From: Actinomycetes bacterium
GTDB lineage: Bacteria; Actinomycetota; Acidimicrobiia; Acidimicrobiales; JAMCPL01
DNA: 64,000 nucleotides
Assembly (NCBI GenBank): GCA_021816935.1
Contig: JAKAWR010000010.1
Span: 42,607-106,606 of the forward strand
Direction of reading: 5' to 3'
This document shows, one piece after another, positions 49,875-59,641 of the stretch. The position numbers and the translations under genes were made by a program. Below the pieces are notes generated by a model that was not told the origin of the DNA, did no database searches, and saw nothing but the letters and a program-made list of their open reading frames with translations. The number at the start of each line of letters is the position of its first letter. The stretch's first letter is position 1.

Positions 49875-51636
49875 TTGGCTTCCTGCTGCGGTCGACCTGG
49901 TTGCGCTTGGGCCCGCGCTCGCTCGTTGGCTGCGGGTGGCTCAGCGCGAACACTACATACCGGAGTCCGCGTCAACCTTCGCAATTCGCTGGTGGGGCTC
50001 ATCGGCCATGAATGCCGGACTCATGGTATTGGGATGCGCCGGGATTGTCTTCGCCGCCTTCTGGCCGCTGGCTGCGTTGGCGGCAGGTGTGGCAGGCATC
50101 CTCGGTCCGGTGGGTCTGACCATTAGAGGCAGGACGGCACCGCTTCGATGGACGAGGAGGCTGCGTACCCTAGCGGCGGTTACTGCCTTGGTTCTGGGAG
50201 GTGTGATGGTTGCCGGTGCGGCTTTCGGGCGCGAAGCGGTAGTGGGAGCGGCGCTCGTTATGGGAGTTCCTGCAGCCGTGGACCTGGCATGTTATATCAG
50301 CCTTCCCTTCGAGTCGCTTCTGCTAAAGCGGCACTTGAGGCGAGCGGCTGCGCGGCTGGCAAAGGTCGGGCTACGGATTGTTGCAGTTACCGGTTCCTAC
50401 GGTAAGACCTCGACGAAGCTGTACGTTGCCCACCTACTGGCGGGCACCCGGTCGACAGTCGCAACCCCGGGCAGTTACAACAATCTGGCGGGCCTGGCGA
50501 GGACGGTGAACGAGCAGGTAGGAGACGGCACGGAGGTTCTTGTCGCCGAGATGGGGGCTTACCGGCCGGGCGAGATAAGGGAGCTGTGCAATTGGTTCCC
50601 TCCCGACGTGGCGGTTATCACCGCAGTGGGACCAGTGCACCTCGAGCGGTTCAGGACCGAGGAGAGGGTGCTCGCCGCGAAGTCGGAGATCGCCGAGAAG
50701 GCCCCGGTAGTGGTGCTCCAGGTGGACGATAAGCGTCTGGCGGCGCTTGCCAGTGCGCTCGAAGCCAGCGGGAAGAGGGTTGTCAGGTGTTCCGGGGGCA
50801 ACCCGGGGGGCGGCCTGGAGGGCGGTCGGGAAGTGCGGGATACCGACGTCGCCGTCCTCGTTCAGGAGGGCACTGTGCAGGGCACCCGCGGCGCCCAAGG
50901 CGAAAGCAGCTCGAAATTGGCCGATGGAGAGCCGATCCGGCGTTATTCGGTCTTCGTGGAAGGCAAGTTGATCGGCGATGGCTTAGCAATCGAAGGAAGC
51001 CCTTCCAACGTGGCCTGCGCTGCGGGTGTGGCTGTCGCTATGGGGCTCAGCGGGCAGGAAATTGCCGGACTTGCCGGCTCACTTCCTCAGCCGGCCCATC
51101 GGCTGGAGGTTGTAGCGTCGGCTGGAGGTTGTATGGTCCTCGACGACACATACAACTCCAATCCCGCCGGCTGCCGTGAGGCTCTGCGGCGCCTTGGTCA
51201 AGTGGCTGGCGGAAGCGGCCGTGAGAACGGTCGTGTAGTTGTAGTGACCCCGGGGATGGTGGAGCTCGGCCGTATCCAGGCCGAGGAGAACGAGCGCTTC
51301 GGTAAAGTTGCCGCCGAGGTGGCGACCGATCTGCTCGTAGTGGGCAGGACGAACCGGAGCGCCCTCCTTGCCGGAGCGCGGCGGGCCGGAGCTATCGGCG
51401 AGGCGGTGGGACCGTCTGAGGGCTCGGGGGCGCCCAGGGCGACAGAGCATCAGGCGGCAACAGCCGAGGCACGGCTCGGAGAAGATGCCTCCGACCCGGG
51501 CTCCGGGATCTCTCATCGCCAGTGCCGGGTCCGTACGGTGGCGACCCGCGATGACGCGGTGCGATGGGCGAGGGAGAACCTCGGCCCGGGCGACGTGGTC
51601 CTATACGAGAACGATCTGCCGGACCACTACCCGTAG
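49858..51636 (+). CDS. murF: UDP-MurNAc-tripeptide--D-Ala-D-Ala ligase with N-terminal membrane segments
   Basis: VTGSYGKTSTK, SYNN, EMGA, HLERF, DDTYNSNP, TPGMVELG and YENDLPDHY. Confidence 0.88.
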   Translation: MAAATNWLPAAVDLVALGPALARWLRVAQREHYIPESASTFAIRWWGSSAMNAGLMVLGCAGIVFAAFWPLAALAAGVAGILGPVGLTIRGRTAPLRWTRRLRTLAAVTALVLGGVMVAGAAFGREAVVGAALVMGVPAAVDLACYISLPFESLLLKRHLRRAAARLAKVGLRIVAVTGSYGKTSTKLYVAHLLAGTRSTVATPGSYNNLAGLARTVNEQVGDGTEVLVAEMGAYRPGEIRELCNWFPPDVAVITAVGPVHLERFRTEERVLAAKSEIAEKAPVVVLQVDDKRLAALASALEASGKRVVRCSGGNPGGGLEGGREVRDTDVAVLVQEGTVQGTRGAQGESSSKLADGEPIRRYSVFVEGKLIGDGLAIEGSPSNVACAAGVAVAMGLSGQEIAGLAGSLPQPAHRLEVVASAGGCMVLDDTYNSNPAGCREALRRLGQVAGGSGRENGRVVVVTPGMVELGRIQAEENERFGKVAAEVATDLLVVGRTNRSALLAGARRAGAIGEAVGPSEGSGAPRATEHQAATAEARLGEDASDPGSGISHRQCRVRTVATRDDAVRWARENLGPGDVVLYENDLPDHYP

Positions 51637-51726
51637 CCAGGCCGCACTCGGCTCGGCAAGCTCCACCTCCCGCCGGGGCCGGTCACGCAGGCAGGGCGGC
51701 CGGCAAGAGCAGCCGCGCCGCCGCGC

Positions 51727-52374
51727 TCAGCTTTCCCTGTCGATGGCCCTGTCGATGGCGTCCCGTAGCTCCCGTGCCGCCTTCGCCGGATCTGGCGCCT
51801 CGGTCAGGTATCGCACAACGACAAAATGTCGCACCCCGGCAGTGGCCAGAGCGGGAACAGTCGCAGGGCTAACGCCACCGGTCACGAATACCGGTACCGT
51901 TGACGTCTCGACCGCGGTTTCGATGTAGGCAAACCCCGTCCCCGGTCGTCCCGGCTTTGTCGGTGTCGGCTCCACAGGCCCCGCTGAGATGTAATCGACG
52001 GGCTCCGTTGCCGCGCGCTCGAGCTCCGCGACGGTGTGTGTGGAACGCCCGATGATGGCGTGCGGGCCAAGGATCGACCGGGCCGTAACAGGCGAGACGT
52101 CGTCCTGGCCCACATGCACGCCTGCGGTTCCGACCTGCAGTGCTATGTCCGGCCTGTCGTTCACTATCAACGGGACGGCGAAGTCAGAGCATATCCGGAG
52201 GCAACGATCGGCCACACCGGCCAGGTTGCGAGCGTCCAGTTGCTTGTCGCGCAGCTGTACCAGGTCAACACCGCCGGTGATGCAGGACGGCAGGAAGCTG
52301 TCGATGTCCGGCCGAGCGGGAAGGCAGAGGTAGAGGCTGCGATCCGCGACGGTACGTGCGGAAAGGTCGTTCAT
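51727..52374 (-). CDS. thiE: Thiamine-phosphate synthase
   Basis: VQLRDK, VNDRPD, GVHVGQDD, GRSTH and PTPTKPG. Confidence 0.92.
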   Translation of the reverse strand: MNDLSARTVADRSLYLCLPARPDIDSFLPSCITGGVDLVQLRDKQLDARNLAGVADRCLRICSDFAVPLIVNDRPDIALQVGTAGVHVGQDDVSPVTARSILGPHAIIGRSTHTVAELERAATEPVDYISAGPVEPTPTKPGRPGTGFAYIETAVETSTVPVFVTGGVSPATVPALATAGVRHFVVVRYLTEAPDPAKAARELRDAIDRAIDRES

Positions 52375-52729
52375 GGCTACAGGTTATTCGTGTTATCGGA
52401 CTCTCTTGTTCTCCCTCTCGAGCGTTCTGCTCACCGTCTCACTGGCATTGCAATCTTGCCTCCGTGCCGGCACTCCAGCCTCCGCCGGCCCTCCGGCCGG
52501 GCTTTGCGTGGCTTCGCCCCTGTCCTGTACTCGAACGTCCACCGGACGTTCTCGTTTCTCCGCCTTGCCCTACTCGCCTGGATGAACGAAACTGGCTGTG
52601 GCTGCGCCGCTGCCATTCCTCTCGACGGTACAGCGGACCGTCTCATCCAACCTCCCGATCTGCTGAGGCTCTTACGGGGTTTGATACTTGGTCAGGACCT
52701 GACCCGAGCGAGAGCAGCTACACGGTGTG

Positions 52730-52759
52730 TTGATACCGGCGCAACGCGTGTGGTACAAT
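52730..52759 (+). promoter_or_regulatory. SigA-type promoter for the LRV-repeat gene
   Basis: TTGATA, 18 bp, TACAAT with extended TG, followed by a GGAGG and ATG 52789. Confidence 0.6.
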
Positions 52760-52788
52760 GCTACCGAGGAGGTAGAGAGAGGTCGGAT

Positions 52789-53739
52789 ATGACTGATACC
52801 TACGATCTGCATGAGCTGATGGGAGTGATCAGGCGCGCGGTTAGCGAGGATCAGGCCAAGAGGCGCCGGGCCGCATCGGCTCCGGAGGCGACTCCCTTTA
52901 TTCTGGCAGTATTGGCGATGGACGTGGAGGAACGGGTCCGTGAAGCGGTAGCAGCCAACACGAGTTCGCCCAGCATTGTTCTTTCACACCTGTTGCACGA
53001 TCCGAGTGAGAAGGTCCGTGCTGCGTTGGCGTCGAACCCGACCGTCGGTGCGGACATTGCGGAAGAGCTCGCCAAGGACCGGTCGTACCTTGTGAGGGTG
53101 GCACTTGCAGGCAACAGGGTTACCGGCCCGGCGCTTCTCGGCTACCTTATTGCTGACCCAAGCTGGCAGGTTAGGGAAAAGGTCGTAATGCATCGGAACG
53201 CCGACGCGGCGATCCTGTCGAGCCTTGCAGAAGACGATTCCGCGGACGTCCGGCGTGCGGTAGCCAGGAACCCCCTGACACCTCTCACCTGGTTGCGGGA
53301 GCTGGCGATGGATGGAGACCGCTCGGTACGGATGGGTGCGTTCGGTAACGAAGCTGCCGACCAAGACGTGCGCCAGGCTGCGGAAGGTGGCATGGCGGGT
53401 CGTATAACGGACAGTCATCCAGCTGCTAACCCTTCAACTGATCCCCGTTCACTGGAGTCAATGTGCGAGAGCGAGAACTGGGTGATCCGGCAGGGAGTGG
53501 CGATGAATCCGGGCGCGCCGAAAGACGTGCTGATGAAGCTGGCCAAAGATCGCAATTGGCAGGTGAGACGGGGGGTCGCTGCCAATGCGAAGGCTCCGAA
53601 GGAGGTGCTCTTGGTGCTCGCTTCCGATGCCAATCATGATGTGTGCCAGGCGGTTGCTAATAATGCCTCTACGCCGGCGGAGATCCTGGCGATAGCGCTC
53701 GCCGGGCTGGGACGGCGGACGACAGTTGGCGTTATTTGA
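52789..53739 (+). CDS. Leucine-rich-variant (LRV)/HEAT-like repeat protein
   Basis: About 9 copies of a 24-aa LA.D....VR..VA.NP..P repeat. Confidence 0.8.
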   Translation: MTDTYDLHELMGVIRRAVSEDQAKRRRAASAPEATPFILAVLAMDVEERVREAVAANTSSPSIVLSHLLHDPSEKVRAALASNPTVGADIAEELAKDRSYLVRVALAGNRVTGPALLGYLIADPSWQVREKVVMHRNADAAILSSLAEDDSADVRRAVARNPLTPLTWLRELAMDGDRSVRMGAFGNEAADQDVRQAAEGGMAGRITDSHPAANPSTDPRSLESMCESENWVIRQGVAMNPGAPKDVLMKLAKDRNWQVRRGVAANAKAPKEVLLVLASDANHDVCQAVANNASTPAEILAIALAGLGRRTTVGVI

Positions 53740-53761
53740 ATCTTCGCCGCGCTGTAGCCGG

Positions 53762-54637
53762 TCAGGTTGTTGCGGTTTTTGGGGGGCGCAAGCGCCGGCT
53801 TGACGTCCCTGTAGAGGCTCGGCGATGCACCGCCGGAGAGGGCGTGGGCGTTTCTCCCAATGGGGTCGACAGGTACACCCTCCTAGCCATCCAGGGGCTT
53901 ACGATGACGGCTTCACTTCCGCGTTCTAGGGTCACGTGGCCGTCGCCGGATCTCGCCAGCACTGCAACGGCAGTACCGGGGATCAACCCGTGGTTGGAAA
54001 GGAAGGCCAGGTTCTCCGAATCGGCTTCGATCTCTTCCGTGACCCGCCGGATGACATAAGAGCGTCCCGCGGCCGGCTCGATATCGGAGAGAGGCATGTG
54101 ACCGGAGAACGATTGGAGCGTGTCGCGCCGATTTGCTGGAACGGCTGTCGCCGCCGTTGTGGCGTCAGCCGTTCCGCTGCTCCTCCTATTCCGCTCGCTG
54201 CCGCGAGACCCGGCGTCCCGGACGGCCTGGCGAGCTACGGGGATAGGGTTGCCGTGCGGGCAGGTCCCAGGATTACCAAGCAGTTCGACAAGCTTTCCCT
54301 CCACTTCGTCGGAGATTGCATGCTCCCAGCGCCCCGCCTCGGCGTGAGCCTTGTGCCACTCGAGCCCGATCACGTCTACCAAGAGCCGTTCGGCGAGCCG
54401 GTGCTTTCGAACAACGCCTTCCGCTCGGGCAAGACCTTCGGAAGTGAAGTTGACGATCCTGCCCTTCCGCGTTATGTAACTTGCCTCGGCCAAGCGCTCC
54501 AGCATCTCGGACACCGACGGTGCCGAGCGGCCGAGCCGTTGGGCGATGCGAGCCTGTATGACCGGGGTCCCCTCTTCCCATATACAGTAGATCGTCTCTA
54601 GATACTCTTCGAGCGGAGGATGAACCTCTTCGGTCAC
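53762..54637 (-). CDS. DtxR/IdeR-family metal-dependent regulator with FeoA domain
   Basis: EEYLETIY, ARIAQRLGRSAPSVSE, RKHRLAERLL, EAGRWEH, CPHGNPIP and C-terminal GLIPG. Confidence 0.9.
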   Translation of the reverse strand: MTEEVHPPLEEYLETIYCIWEEGTPVIQARIAQRLGRSAPSVSEMLERLAEASYITRKGRIVNFTSEGLARAEGVVRKHRLAERLLVDVIGLEWHKAHAEAGRWEHAISDEVEGKLVELLGNPGTCPHGNPIPVARQAVRDAGSRGSERNRRSSGTADATTAATAVPANRRDTLQSFSGHMPLSDIEPAAGRSYVIRRVTEEIEADSENLAFLSNHGLIPGTAVAVLARSGDGHVTLERGSEAVIVSPWMARRVYLSTPLGETPTPSPAVHRRASTGTSSRRLRPPKTATT

Positions 54638-54833
54638 CCCGAGAGTTTACCAGCGGGCACAGAAGGCCCGCCCGGTATGGCCGGTGGGCGTACGATGATC
54701 CGGGACCTGGTGGACGAGGGTAGAACCGCGGTGCTGTCGTTGCTTTCTGGCTGAGCCCGCCCGATTCCTCCTGCCCGGGCCCAAGGTCGCAGCCTGCCTC
54801 CCGGTCGGCTGCAAGACCAGGTCCGCACACGCT

Positions 54834-55628
54834 TCAGAAAATCCCGTGGCGACCTTCGCCGGACTTGAAGCGCGTTGCCCCCTCAATAGTCTCACCGCTT
54901 TCGAGGGTGGCAGTCCCGTGGCGGTGCTCGTTGGCGAGCGCTGCTTCAAGGTCCATTGGCCACTGCTCATAAGATGATAGGCGGTCGCCGCGCATGCATA
55001 GGCGTGGGAACGAGGCGATCTCGTGCGCCAGCTCGACGGCGGTCGCCAGAGCGCTACCGGGCGGGCAGGTGCGATTGACGAGTCCCATCGCGAGTGCCTC
55101 CTCAGCTCCGACAGCCCGGCCGGTCAGGATCATGTCGAGCGCACGGCTGTGGCCGATCAGGCGCGGCAGCCTGACGGTGCCGCCGTCCAGCAGTGGCACG
55201 CCGAAGCGCCGGCAGAAAACCCCGAATGTGGCGTCGGTGGTTGCTACCCTCAGGTCGCACCAGATGGCAAGCTCGAGTCCGCCAGCCACGGCCCAGCCCT
55301 CTACTGCGGCGATGACCGGCTTCGAAAGGAGCATCCGGGTGGGTCCGAGAGGACCCGGGCCATCCGGCGACACCTGGTTCGGGTGGCCAGCTGCGATGGC
55401 CTGGAGGTCTGCTCCTGCGCAGAAGGTGCCGCCGGCTCCTGTCAGCACGGCTACGCAGGAGATTCCGTCGGCGTCGAACGCGGTAAATGCCTCGGTCAGC
55501 GCCTCCGCGGTCGCGAGGTCGACGGCGTTCCTTCTACCTGGCCGTTCGATCGTGATGATGCGAACGTTGCCGTCGTCTTCGGTCGTGATGATATTCCGCG
55601 TCTCTGTTCCTTCCTCTGTCCCTGCCAT
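54834..55628 (-). CDS. Enoyl-CoA hydratase/isomerase
   Basis: FCAGADL, KPVIAAVEGWAVAGGLELA and FCRRFGVPLLDGGT. Confidence 0.9.
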   Translation of the reverse strand: MAGTEEGTETRNIITTEDDGNVRIITIERPGRRNAVDLATAEALTEAFTAFDADGISCVAVLTGAGGTFCAGADLQAIAAGHPNQVSPDGPGPLGPTRMLLSKPVIAAVEGWAVAGGLELAIWCDLRVATTDATFGVFCRRFGVPLLDGGTVRLPRLIGHSRALDMILTGRAVGAEEALAMGLVNRTCPPGSALATAVELAHEIASFPRLCMRGDRLSSYEQWPMDLEAALANEHRHGTATLESGETIEGATRFKSGEGRHGIF

Positions 55629-56010
55629 GATTTCCTCCACGCTGGCTGTACGGTGCGGGTCGAACCCGAGCATCCTGGTCGACTCCCGCTCCGTGGTCGG
55701 CTCCGGGGCTCGTCATGCCCGCCGGGTCGGACTGTATCACGGGAGGTCCTTCGGCGTCGCCAAGCAGGCGGCTCGGGACAACCCGGAAGCAGAGCATGGT
55801 CGCGTGGTATCATCACTGCACCGGCAGGAAGACTGGTTCAGCGTTGCCGATACCGGCACGCTGGGCGAGTTACTGCAGGTGGCGGGTGACAAATGATGGT
55901 TGGGCCGATTCCAGGATCGGCCAATGGCGCGAACGGGCAGGCAGCTGCAGCGGCGATCGGTATGAAGCCGAGGCCGGGGTTGGCCGGCGGTCCGGTAGGA
56001 GAGTGAAACG

Positions 56011-56868
56011 ATGAACCCAGCTATGACCCATCCGATCTTGATGGCGACCGCATCGGCCCAACCCACCTACACGGTCCCGGGCTCGGCGGCTGCCGGCGCG
56101 GGGGCAGTGGTGGCCGTATGGTTGTTGTTGATCCTGGCGATCTTCGTGGTGTACGTGGTGGGGCTGTGGCGTGTCTTCACGAAGGCAGGGCAGCCGGGTT
56201 GGTCCGCGATCATCCCGATCTACAACTTCTGGGTGCTGCTGAAGATTGTCGGCCGGCCGGGATGGTGGATCCTGATGATGCTGATCCCCTTGGTCAGCAT
56301 AGTTTTCCAGATTATAGTGCTGAACGATCTCTCGAAGAGCTTCGGCCACGGGACGGGGTTCACCGTCGGTCTATTCTTCTTGCCCTTTGTCTTTGTTCTG
56401 ATCCTCGCATTTGGCAGTTCGACCTATCGCGGCCCGTCGGCACTCGGAGGGCAGATGCGGACGGGTTATCCGGGCGGGTACCCCGGCTACCCGCAGCAGT
56501 CGGGTTATCCCGGGGGGCTAGGCGGTGGACTTGGTAGTCCCGGTGCAGGCTATGGTGCTCCGGGGGCCTATGGCTCTCCCGCGAGCGGTGGACTTGGTAG
56601 TCCCGGTGCAGGCTATGGTGCTCCGGGGGCCTATGGCCCTCCCGTAGTCGGTAGCGGCGGACAAACCGGCGGCAGTTTCGGCGTGCCTCCGACACCCGGC
56701 GGCGCAACGGCACCTGGCGCTCCGGGCGGCTACTCGCCGCCCGCGCCGTCGACAGGTCCGGATTGGTATGCCGATCCGAGCGGCCGGAATCAGCATCGCT
56801 ACTGGGACGGATCTACTTGGACGGATCACGTCGCAAACCAGGGAACGCAGTCCACGGATCCCGTCTAG
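56011..56868 (+). CDS. Membrane protein with DUF5684-like N-terminus and C-terminal DUF2510
   Basis: WRVFTKAGQPGWSAIIPIYN...SKSFGHG; Gly/Pro/Tyr linker; WYADPSGRNQHRYWDGSTWTDHV. Confidence 0.8.
   Translation: MNPAMTHPILMATASAQPTYTVPGSAAAGAGAVVAVWLLLILAIFVVYVVGLWRVFTKAGQPGWSAIIPIYNFWVLLKIVGRPGWWILMMLIPLVSIVFQIIVLNDLSKSFGHGTGFTVGLFFLPFVFVLILAFGSSTYRGPSALGGQMRTGYPGGYPGYPQQSGYPGGLGGGLGSPGAGYGAPGAYGSPASGGLGSPGAGYGAPGAYGPPVVGSGGQTGGSFGVPPTPGGATAPGAPGGYSPPAPSTGPDWYADPSGRNQHRYWDGSTWTDHVANQGTQSTDPV
56521..56646 (+). repeat. Intragenic tandem duplication, 2 x 63 bp
   Basis: (G/S)GGLGSPGAGYGAPGAYG(S/P)P repeated with near-identical DNA. Confidence 0.85.
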
Positions 56869-57163
56869 AACACCCACGCCGCGACTTCGTAGCCGACCCC
56901 GATGGGCGGGGAACCCTCAGGGCAGGCGGCTCCCGCTGGCGGTGAGTTGGGCGAGGCGCTTGGGAGTGGCCCCAGTGGGAAGCGGAGAAATCCGGGTAGC
57001 GGGCCGTTGCCCGGTGTAAAATACCTCAGGAAATGTGTGCATCCGGTTACGGCTCGGCTCACGAGCTGCAGGTGAGGATCCTGGATGTCGTGACGTCGGC
57101 AGGGTTCGGAGCGTGTGCCGCCCCGGAGCTTGCGGGCCGGAATGGAAAGGAGCGCACAGTCTC

Positions 57164-57490
57164 ATGACAAGATCAACCAGTCGCATCCTGGCGATACTGG
57201 CGGTGACACTGGCAGGATCCGTCGCCGCAGGTTGCGGAGGCAGCAATAATTCCGCCGTCAAAACAGTGCCATCGTCGACCACGGCGGTCACGACCGGCTC
57301 GTCGCGTACTGGCAGTGAATCGGGAAGTACGTCGTTGTCAGGCACCGGCAGGTCGATCAGCACATCGTCGAACGTGCTGTCGCAGCAGACACTGACCCAG
57401 GTGCAGGGTGCGCTCAATACGCTGAACTCGATTCTGTCGCAGGCCCAGACGGACCTCAACAGTTCCCCGGCCAACCCGGCAGAGGGTTGA
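57164..57490 (+). CDS. Small Ser/Thr-rich lipoprotein
   Basis: Signal peptide with lipobox VAAG|C; GGAG upstream; short C-terminal amphipathic helix. Confidence 0.65.
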   Translation: MTRSTSRILAILAVTLAGSVAAGCGGSNNSAVKTVPSSTTAVTTGSSRTGSESGSTSLSGTGRSISTSSNVLSQQTLTQVQGALNTLNSILSQAQTDLNSSPANPAEG

Positions 57491-57495
57491 TCGGT

Positions 57496-58347
57496 ATGAC
57501 AACAATCCATCGTTCCAGACGTACATTGTTGCGGGTGGCAGCGTTACTGGCCGCAGGGGGCTCCATGGTTCTCGCTCCGGGAGTCGCTTTCGGCGGTTCG
57601 GCAACATCGAGTGCAGTACCGACTGCCGGCGCAGGGGGCAGCTCCTTCAATCCGGGATCTGCGCCGAGCGGCCAGTGCAAAGCGAACTTTGCTACGCATC
57701 GGAACCAAGTCGAGCTGGCCCTGTCCGATCGCGTTACCAGGCTTCAGGCGCTCCAGAGTCGCGTTTCGGGGGTGCAACACCTAAAGAGTTCCGACGTCTC
57801 GGCCCTGTCGGGCGACCTGTCGGCGCAGTTGTCGGGGATCGAGGAGCTCCAGACCAAAGCGCATTCCGATACCACGTGCCTGCAGTTGTTCGAGGATGCC
57901 AAGTCGATGATTGTCGATTACAGGGTATACGTGGTGATGACTCCGCAGGTGGACATCGTCATCGCGGCGGATACGGAGGCTTACGTGGAGCAGGTGCTTC
58001 AAGGTCTTGAACCGAAGATCCAGCGGGCTCTGAGCATTTGCCAATCAACCTCGGCTACCGTCGGGGGCCTCAATTGCACGGCGGCGGAGAATGCGTTCAG
58101 CCAGCTCAAAGCGCACGTGTCTACCGCGGCGCAGGTGACGAGTACCGGGGGCAACGGCGAGAGCATCTCCTCTGCGGTTCTTGCGGCCAAGCCCAGCGGG
58201 TACCCGGCGAACCGCTCGATAGGGACTACCGCCTTCAGCGCTACGCGGCAGGCTCAGGCAGACCTGCTGGCCGCTCGGGCCGACCTCGAGACGTTGGTCG
58301 GAATTGCCCGGTCCGCGAAGCTCGGGGGAGCGAAGGGGACAGCCTGA
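57496..58347 (+). CDS. Secreted alpha-helical hypothetical protein (possible Tat substrate)
   Basis: SRRTLL twin-arginine motif, hydrophobic core ending VAFG, helical heptads, 4 Cys. Confidence 0.6.
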   Translation: MTTIHRSRRTLLRVAALLAAGGSMVLAPGVAFGGSATSSAVPTAGAGGSSFNPGSAPSGQCKANFATHRNQVELALSDRVTRLQALQSRVSGVQHLKSSDVSALSGDLSAQLSGIEELQTKAHSDTTCLQLFEDAKSMIVDYRVYVVMTPQVDIVIAADTEAYVEQVLQGLEPKIQRALSICQSTSATVGGLNCTAAENAFSQLKAHVSTAAQVTSTGGNGESISSAVLAAKPSGYPANRSIGTTAFSATRQAQADLLAARADLETLVGIARSAKLGGAKGTA

Positions 58348-58519
58348 CCGCGCGGATACTTCGCGTTACGCATACGCCGCCGGTTACGGCGGGAGGCAAG
58401 CTCCTCTTCGGTCGCTGCAGGTAAAGCGGGCCGTGGGGTCCGCCATTACGCATCGCGGGTTGTCATGCGCCAAGCGCCGACGATCGACCAGCCGACGATC
58501 TATCCCACGATGACCGTGA

Positions 58520-59165
58520 TCATGGTTCAGGTCGGCATGGGCGCGATCCCGAGCGCTCCTTGTCCAGTGGCCGGGTCGGAGCAGTCGACCTCGACGGTAG
58601 CTGCCGTTCCCTGAACCGACTCGAGGCTGCCGCTCCTCGGGCCCATATCCATGCACTCCCGCAGGCGACGAGACCCAGTGCGGCTGCAGCCAGGAAAGAA
58701 ATGGGGACCGACGGGGGCGGTACAGCTCCCGGCATGCCGGGAGGGCGACCCTGCCACGTGCTGGCGATTTCACCGGTCACGGGCCGGGGCCTGGACCGCT
58801 CTGTCTCATCCATGGCCCGGCCCGTCTTACTCCGGGTGCCGACTATGTCGACGCCCGCCTCGCTCGCCGTCGTCGCTGCCCCGCCTGCCTCAGCCCGGCT
58901 CCCACCTGCGTCAGCGTCTGATTGCTCAGTCCGACTTCTCACTGTCACCCGTCTTTCCCGATCGTTCGAGCGTGCTCACCCAGGTCGCGCCGTCCTCGGG
59001 CCGGCATCTGGGGCAGTCGCGGCGCTCGCCGAGGGGGAGGAACTCGTGGTCCTGGCTCCCTTTGAGCCGGTCCCCCTCGAGGGCGTGCTCTCGTCCCAGG
59101 GATTTACCTACGAGGTTGCCGAAAGTGGCGGCACCTGGCGAGTGCCCTTCCGGGGCCCGTCATGA
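58520..59165. pseudogene. Scrambled remnants: membrane-protein N-terminus (- strand) and DUF2249 C-terminal half (+ strand)
   Basis: Minus strand MPGAVPPPSVPISFLAAAALGLVACG.. is truncated. Plus strand ALAEGEELVVLAPFEPVPLEGVLSSQGFTY..TWRV (59015-59165) lacks the LDVR N-terminus. Confidence 0.5.
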
Positions 59166-59530
59166 GCGAGCTAGGTGACCGGGGACCGGATCCGGGACCT
59201 CTCGAGGCAGCGGTCCAGGCGCGGGATCCGGTCGGGGCAGCCTGGGATGCGCTCGGGCGCGTATACGACCCTGAGCTATGCCTGGACTTGGTTTCCCTTG
59301 GGCTCGTCTACGGGGTCCGCGATGACGAGGGTACCGTCGTCGTGGAGATGACGCTCACCACTCGGGGATGCCCGGCAGCGGAGAGCCTGTCGGAGTTGGC
59401 GAGGGCGGCCGTTCGGGATGCCCTCGGGCCGGAAGTGGGCGTCGATGTCAGGCTGGTGTGGGACCCGCCGTGGAGCCCGTCGATGATGAACGACGAGGCG
59501 GCAGCGGCCCTGGGCTTCAGGCACGGCTGA
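59162..59530 (+). CDS. SufT/PaaD (DUF59) metal-sulfur cluster assembly factor
   Basis: VYDPELCLDLVSLGLVY, MTLTTRGCP and LVWDPPWSPSMM. Confidence 0.88.
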   Translation: MSELGDRGPDPGPLEAAVQARDPVGAAWDALGRVYDPELCLDLVSLGLVYGVRDDEGTVVVEMTLTTRGCPAAESLSELARAAVRDALGPEVGVDVRLVWDPPWSPSMMNDEAAAALGFRHG

Positions 59531-59641
59531 AGACGGGTCCAGGTGGCGAGCGCTGGCCCAAGCCCCCAGCACGGCCGCAGTAACTCTAGGATACAATAGA
59601 AATACCAGTAAGCAGCAAGGCGACAGGAAGGAGATTACCCC

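Noticed and set aside
52375-52730. TPP riboswitch upstream of thiE
   Set aside because: No CUGAGA or ACCUGA core found on the coding strand.
52036-52788. Long N-terminal extensions in the ORF track (LRV protein, fadD, ACAD, ABC genes, smpB)
   Set aside because: They overlap neighbouring genes or promoters; downstream starts fit the domain boundaries better and several have an RBS.
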